DNA of 27,704 nt from Azolla caroliniana (Eukaryota; Plantae; Polypodiophyta), in assembly GCA_043228905.1 (NCBI GenBank), contig JBHGNT010000409.1:1-27704 (forward strand). Direction: 5' to 3'. Positions 23,001 to 27,704 of the stretch are shown in pieces. Positions within the stretch are counted from its first letter, which is position 1. Each line of letters opens with the position of its first letter. The position numbers were made by a program, and so were the translations under genes. The notes below the pieces were generated by a model that saw nothing but the letters and a program-made list of their open reading frames with translations, did not search any database and was not told where the DNA came from.

Positions 23001-24522
23001 CAACAAAACAATGGATTAGTTATATATGCAAAAATTTCTCCTTCCCTAATCGGTAACTTTAAAGGTGGATTAAGAGTTTCCAGTTTCTACATTGTTAGAG
23101 AAATAACTAAATTTTTATGCTGTTAGCAAAATGGCCTAACAGCTGCAGCAATCAACTAAAAAACTGAGGAAGAAATTAAATGAAACGTTATATTAGCATC
23201 TTCAAATAGCCAAAGATACCAATTGAGACGAAGCATTACATCATTGTGAACCTTACAAAGTCTCTTGTGAAACAAAAGCAAAATGAAATTGTACCTAAAC
23301 TAAGTAGCTGCCATATGTAACTAGGTTGTAAATCAAAGAACAAGGATATATGGGCCATATGTTACACCACTATTGTGCTCCCGAAGAGATTCTTCAAATT
23401 TTTATTTCTTCACTATAGATATGCCTTTGTCATCTTCTGATTGAGATTTACAGATTTACTTTCTACATCAAGACCATGCACAATAACAATTTGTTCCAAA
23501 GAAAAATGGCTTTACAATGAGATCCATTGTCCAAAATGCATCATATACACTAATGATTTCTCTTAAAAAGATCATATAAAAATCCATTTTAAAAAACAAC
23601 AGGTCGAAACAATAACATGCATATGATAGCATTGGCTAATAAACACGAAATTATTAAAAGAGTACAATATCTCAGTTTTAAAATGTCTATAATATGAAAA
23701 ATAATACAATTTAAATACCTCATTCCGGCTTTGCGGCCACTTAATTGGTTTGCGATAGCCTTCAGGCAATGGAACTAGGCAAGATGGTGATGTGCTTGGG
23801 CAATGTCTTTCACGATGTTCATAGTGTTTGGTACTAGGAAGAATTCTTATTGCTTCTTTGTTATCCAAACATGGGATATAATCAATTGCTCCTTCAAAAC
23901 TACAGAGCTTCCACTTGCTTTGGGATTCAGGCATCCCTTGTGGTCTTTCACTTGAGCTTTGAGTTTTTGTCTTCTCTATCACAACTTCATGTACCTTGCT
24001 TTTCTCCTTTTTGGATTCAGTTTCTTGTGTTTCCCAGTTATTTGTATTTTCCTTATTTTCAATCTGGATCTGTGATTGTGCTCCACCATTTTCCTCTAGT
24101 CCACTCTCTTTCTTTGGTTTCTCTACATTCAGTGAAGTTTTTTCTCCATTGTTTTCATCATGTTTAGAATCCTCTTCATTGGATTCTTTTCCCCTGTCCG
24201 TGTATTCAGTTCTCTCTTTTTCCTTAGTTCTCGATTCTGGTAGCTCCAATTGAGAAGTCCCATCAGCCATTTCCTCATTTTTCTGCAGATTCTTACTATT
24301 ACTTTCCCCAAACTCTTGATGGATATCAATAGAAGTTTTTTCTTTATACACTTCATCTACAGCCATAGGTCCATTTCTTAGTTGGTTGGCAACATCATTT
24401 CCTGAAGGATTACTCAGAATCCACATCCCTATCAAGCAAAGTGCTATAAAAACTGCAATTGTGGCCAGTACATAGAATGAAGGCATTCGTTTGTCATTGA
24501 TAATATGCTTGTTTGTAGCCAT
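19849..24522 (-). CDS. Probable methyltransferase, PMT24/26/27-like (Methyltransf_29 family, putative Golgi pectin methyltransferase), 8 coding exons, ~729 aa
   Basis: Exons 23719-24522, 22724-22873, 21900-22170, 21713-21823, 20781-20955, 20434-20703, 20151-20345 and 19849-20062 are all GT-AG, phase-consistent, 2190 nt in total. N-terminal TM helix, acidic stem, [81 protein letters not shown]. Confidence 0.96.
20151..20345 (-). CDS. PMT-like exon 7
   Basis: [15 protein letters not shown]...[19 protein letters not shown]. Confidence 0.94.
20434..20703 (-). CDS. PMT-like exon 6
   Basis: [12 protein letters not shown]...WPQEWPLRL...[13 protein letters not shown]. Confidence 0.92.
20781..20955 (-). 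CDS. PMT-like exon 5
   Basis: [12 protein letters not shown]...[14 protein letters not shown]. Confidence 0.92.
21713..21823 (-). CDS. PMT-like exon 4
   Basis: [25 protein letters not shown]...IWK. Confidence 0.93.
21900..22170 (-). CDS. PMT-like exon 3
   Basis: [26 protein letters not shown]...[12 protein letters not shown]. Confidence 0.94.
22724..22873 (-). CDS. PMT-like exon 2
   Basis: [11 protein letters not shown]...[21 protein letters not shown]. Confidence 0.93.
23719..24522 (-). CDS. PMT-like exon 1
   Basis: MATNKH...TM...[12 protein letters not shown]...WPQSRNE; donor GTATTT. Confidence 0.92.
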
Positions 24523-24561
24523 ATTGATGTTTAATGCAGAAACTTTAGCTTCCTTTATCTG

Positions 24562-25294
24562 CTGAAAAGATCAGAACAATCATTAGATAATGTGGATAAT
24601 CACCAAACACACACAAAACCATATTCTTATCTGATCACCACAAGACACATACAAAAACTACATTCTTCTATTATTCATTTATCCTTTTTTGGTGCAATCA
24701 TCCTGATGACACCTTCCTTATCTGGTTTACTTGCCTCTCTCATCTGCATATAAAGGCATGCTTTTCTTGAATCATGGCATTATCACGGCGTTAAGTTAAA
24801 AGCAAATTTTCGCATCAGACACTGTATTACATACTGGATATGCATCATGGTGTATTAGAATCCACACTTTGTATCATGTAAACTGCAGACAACATATATC
24901 CGTGAAGTGACTTCCAATCAAGAAAGAAACATTAGCTCTTAAAAACCAACCAAACTGCTGTGCATACATTGTTATTATGCAGTAATGATATGTTTTGTGA
25001 TGCATTACAATCCACAGGTAATGCAGATGAAAATACAGAAGGAGTTTTGTGATGCATTACAATCCACAGGTAATGCAAATGAAAATACAGAGGGAAGCGA
25101 TTGTATATGTCAATAAATACATGCTACTTATGCTGTTTTTGGAAGAATCGCGAGTGCTTTCAAAACAAAGCTTCGCATATAACTTCAAAGCATTGACAAT
25201 GGAGAATATATGAGACAGTTTAAACAAGCCTCACACACCATCTCAAAACATGTACTGACAGAGGAAAATAAGTAATGGAATTTGCTCTACTTAC
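24562..25294 (-). other. Candidate 5'-UTR intron of the PMT-like gene
   Basis: Acceptor TCTTTTCAGCAG (NAGNAG) ~40 nt upstream of the ATG. Best donor GTAAGT at 25294-25289; the donor pairing is inferred. Confidence 0.4.
24992..25091. repeat. 48-bp direct duplication, period 52
   Basis: GTTTTGTGATGCATTACAATCCACAGGTAATGCARATGAAAATACAGA at 24992 and 25044, 1 mismatch. Confidence 0.9.
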
Positions 25295-26514
25295 ATCCGC
25301 GTGTTTGACAGGGTTTCCATCGCCAAACACAGATTAGCATGCCATGTACAAAAGAAAAGGAGAAGACAGGAATCAATCACTGAAATCAATCAAATCACCT
25401 TCAAACTTTTGAGTCATTTCTTTATCAGGAAGAAAAATCATTCTCAAGGCAACCACATTAAGGTTTATGAATTTAATAAGAGTGCCCTTTTGATGAGCCC
25501 ACATGTCGCCCAACATTCTCTCGATTGAATGGAACCAGTGCCTAGGCCCACTTTGTCGTGTCGATCATGTACTATTGTTTGGCATCAAAGGACAAGCCTA
25601 GGTGTATTGCTCTCTCTCTCTCTTTGTGGAGAAGATAGTCCCACATTGGAGTGGAACAAGAGAGCTCTGCGACACTCGCGTGCACGAGAGACAATATATG
25701 TCAGATAAATTCCGAATGAATTGCATCTGAACGTTTGTACCGTTCTTGCTAGTACATGTTTTCCAATGGAAATCGCCAACCATTTATAAATCCTTGCAGG
25801 TTATGAGACGTTTTAGTCATCGATCTTGGAAGATACTTGATGGGAAAGAAGGGCCCTAGTTTTATATCCAACAATAGTGATTGTTGGCGTCATTCATTCT
25901 ACTTTTGAACCTAACTTAGAACATGTGCATTATCTATCTTTTTCATCCCCTTTCTGTCAATGTTAATCATATGACCATGTTTTGGCTTTCCCATAGATTA
26001 GTGTTTTACTAAATGATAGCTTACTATTCTTTAATAGTTACAATAGGAACAACCATCAGTTCCAAATGTACAATCTTTAGCCGTTCTTTGACCCCACACA
26101 AAATCGATCGCACTTGCAAAAGATGTAGGAAATGCTTTGATATTAAATGATGAACATATAGTGCTTGATCACTACTTTGTCAATGGCTTTTAGTATGAAT
26201 TTTTATCTAGGGTAAATATTTTGCATTTTCTTGAGATCAATTTAATTTCAAGATTTTCCATGCTCTCACAACTTGTTTAGCGAGAGAATTCACAACATAT
26301 TATATAGCTAACTAAATGTTTATTTCCACTGACATGCTTCTAAATATACACATTATGCTCCTTATATTGGTTCTTTATGAGAGAATGCATACAAATATGT
26401 ATGCTCACACTTTATTCAGGAAGGAAAATTGTACATGTGGAAAAAGAGAAGTTGTGATACAACTTGTTAAACGAAGGAATATCATTCATAACCTTGTCTA
26501 AATAAGTCACGAAC

Positions 26515-27704
26515 AAAGAGATGATACATCATTCTTGTCACAAAACAGTCCAAATGATATGAGGGTGATTATGGATGCCCTCAAATTGTATGGATTAGCT
26601 ATTGTATTGCATGTTAACTTCAACAAGTCCAAACTTCTACCCTTGACACCATATAGTTGGCATCAACTTTTGTGGCCAGGTCAAGCTATTAGCCCAAATG
26701 AAATAGTTAGACATCTTGACTATCCTTAGGATTGAATGCAACAGGGAAAAGAAAGGTTGAATGGGTTCTGCAAAAAGTGAGACAAAAGCTAAGCTATTAG
26801 AAAATTGCAACATGGCCACTCCATGTCAGACTGAGGATAGTGCAATCTATAATCATGGCTTACATGCAATATTACTTAATTATGATTGATTGGCCAAAAC
26901 ACATGATACAAAATATTAACTCAGAAATCATAAGCAGATTTTGGTGCTCTAAGCAGTCGCATAGAGGTATACAACTCCTATCACTAGAGAAGATATGCAC
27001 TCCACGATTGAGTGGAGGGCTAAATATTCTTAATTTGCAATTGCATATGTTGGATAGGAAAGTTTTTTTATTGCCAAAATTTGTTGAAAAAACTTTGCCT
27101 TGGGCAAGAATGCTATCTGATTTGTTTGATCATTTGAAAACCAAGTCATTTGGCTCATGAGATACTAACCATTGGGATGTAGTGTTTGGAAAGCTTAACA
27201 GGCACATCAAAGGTTGTTCGTTTAGCTCAAAGCTTCTAAAGCACTGGAAGGAAGTATTGCACCACATAAAATGGAGAGGTAGGAATTCAGAATCAAGGAA
27301 CTCTTTACACATCGAAAGCTTACACTAGAGTGCTATATTTCCATAATCACTAGCTGAACAAGAGCCTAGGAAAGCTTATTTTTTAGCAAATAAGGGGTTG
27401 AAATCAATTGCAAATGTGGTAAATGACCAAGGTCACTTATTGTAGTTCAATGACATGACATGTTGTTATAGTCTTGGGCCACATCATTGCGTTATCTGGA
27501 ATCAAGTCACTGAGTTGGCACTTTCCTTAGTACTTGTGCCACCTCTAGATGGAGATCGTTGGATTCATGATTGGATGCTACAACGCTCTCTCTCTCTCCC
27601 CCCCCCCCCCCCCTCTCTCTCTCTCTCTCTCAGTAGGGAAGATTTACTTGCAATTCGGATATGACAACTTCAATCAAGGACAGAAGCCATAAAAAAAAGC
27701 AGCT
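26515..27704 (+). mobile_element. Degenerate, 5'-truncated L1-clade LINE ORF2 fragment (end of RT and downstream region)
   Basis: DDTSFL, LHVNFNKSKLLPL, VRHLDYPLG, WPLHVRLRIVQSIIMAYMQYYL, RFW...LSLEKICTPRLSGGLNILNL, all typical of L1 ORF2 after the YADD motif. Has stops and frameshifts and a CT/polyC tract at ~27586-27631. Confidence 0.8.

Overview
AT-rich land-plant nuclear DNA; a non-seed plant such as a fern or lycophyte is a weak inference from sequence style only. Two intact spliced genes lie on the minus strand: the urease accessory GTPase ureG (7 exons, 2289-5254, about 318 aa, very His-rich N-terminus) and a PMT24/26/27-like Golgi SAM-dependent methyltransferase (8 exons, 19849-24522, about 729 aa). 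The 14 kb between them is a pile of insertions: a decayed RTE-like LINE, a plastid ndhH fragment (NUPT), and a decayed Ty1/copia element (10987-16023). The copia element sits inside a cluster of about 12 same-strand tRNA-Gln-derived units, of which only one (16208-16279) is an intact cloverleaf. A ~169-bp tandem repeat follows the cluster, and an L1-type LINE fragment ends the window. The most unusual structure is the tRNA-Gln array: it has a shared 3' flank, higher-order duplications and an embedded copia element.
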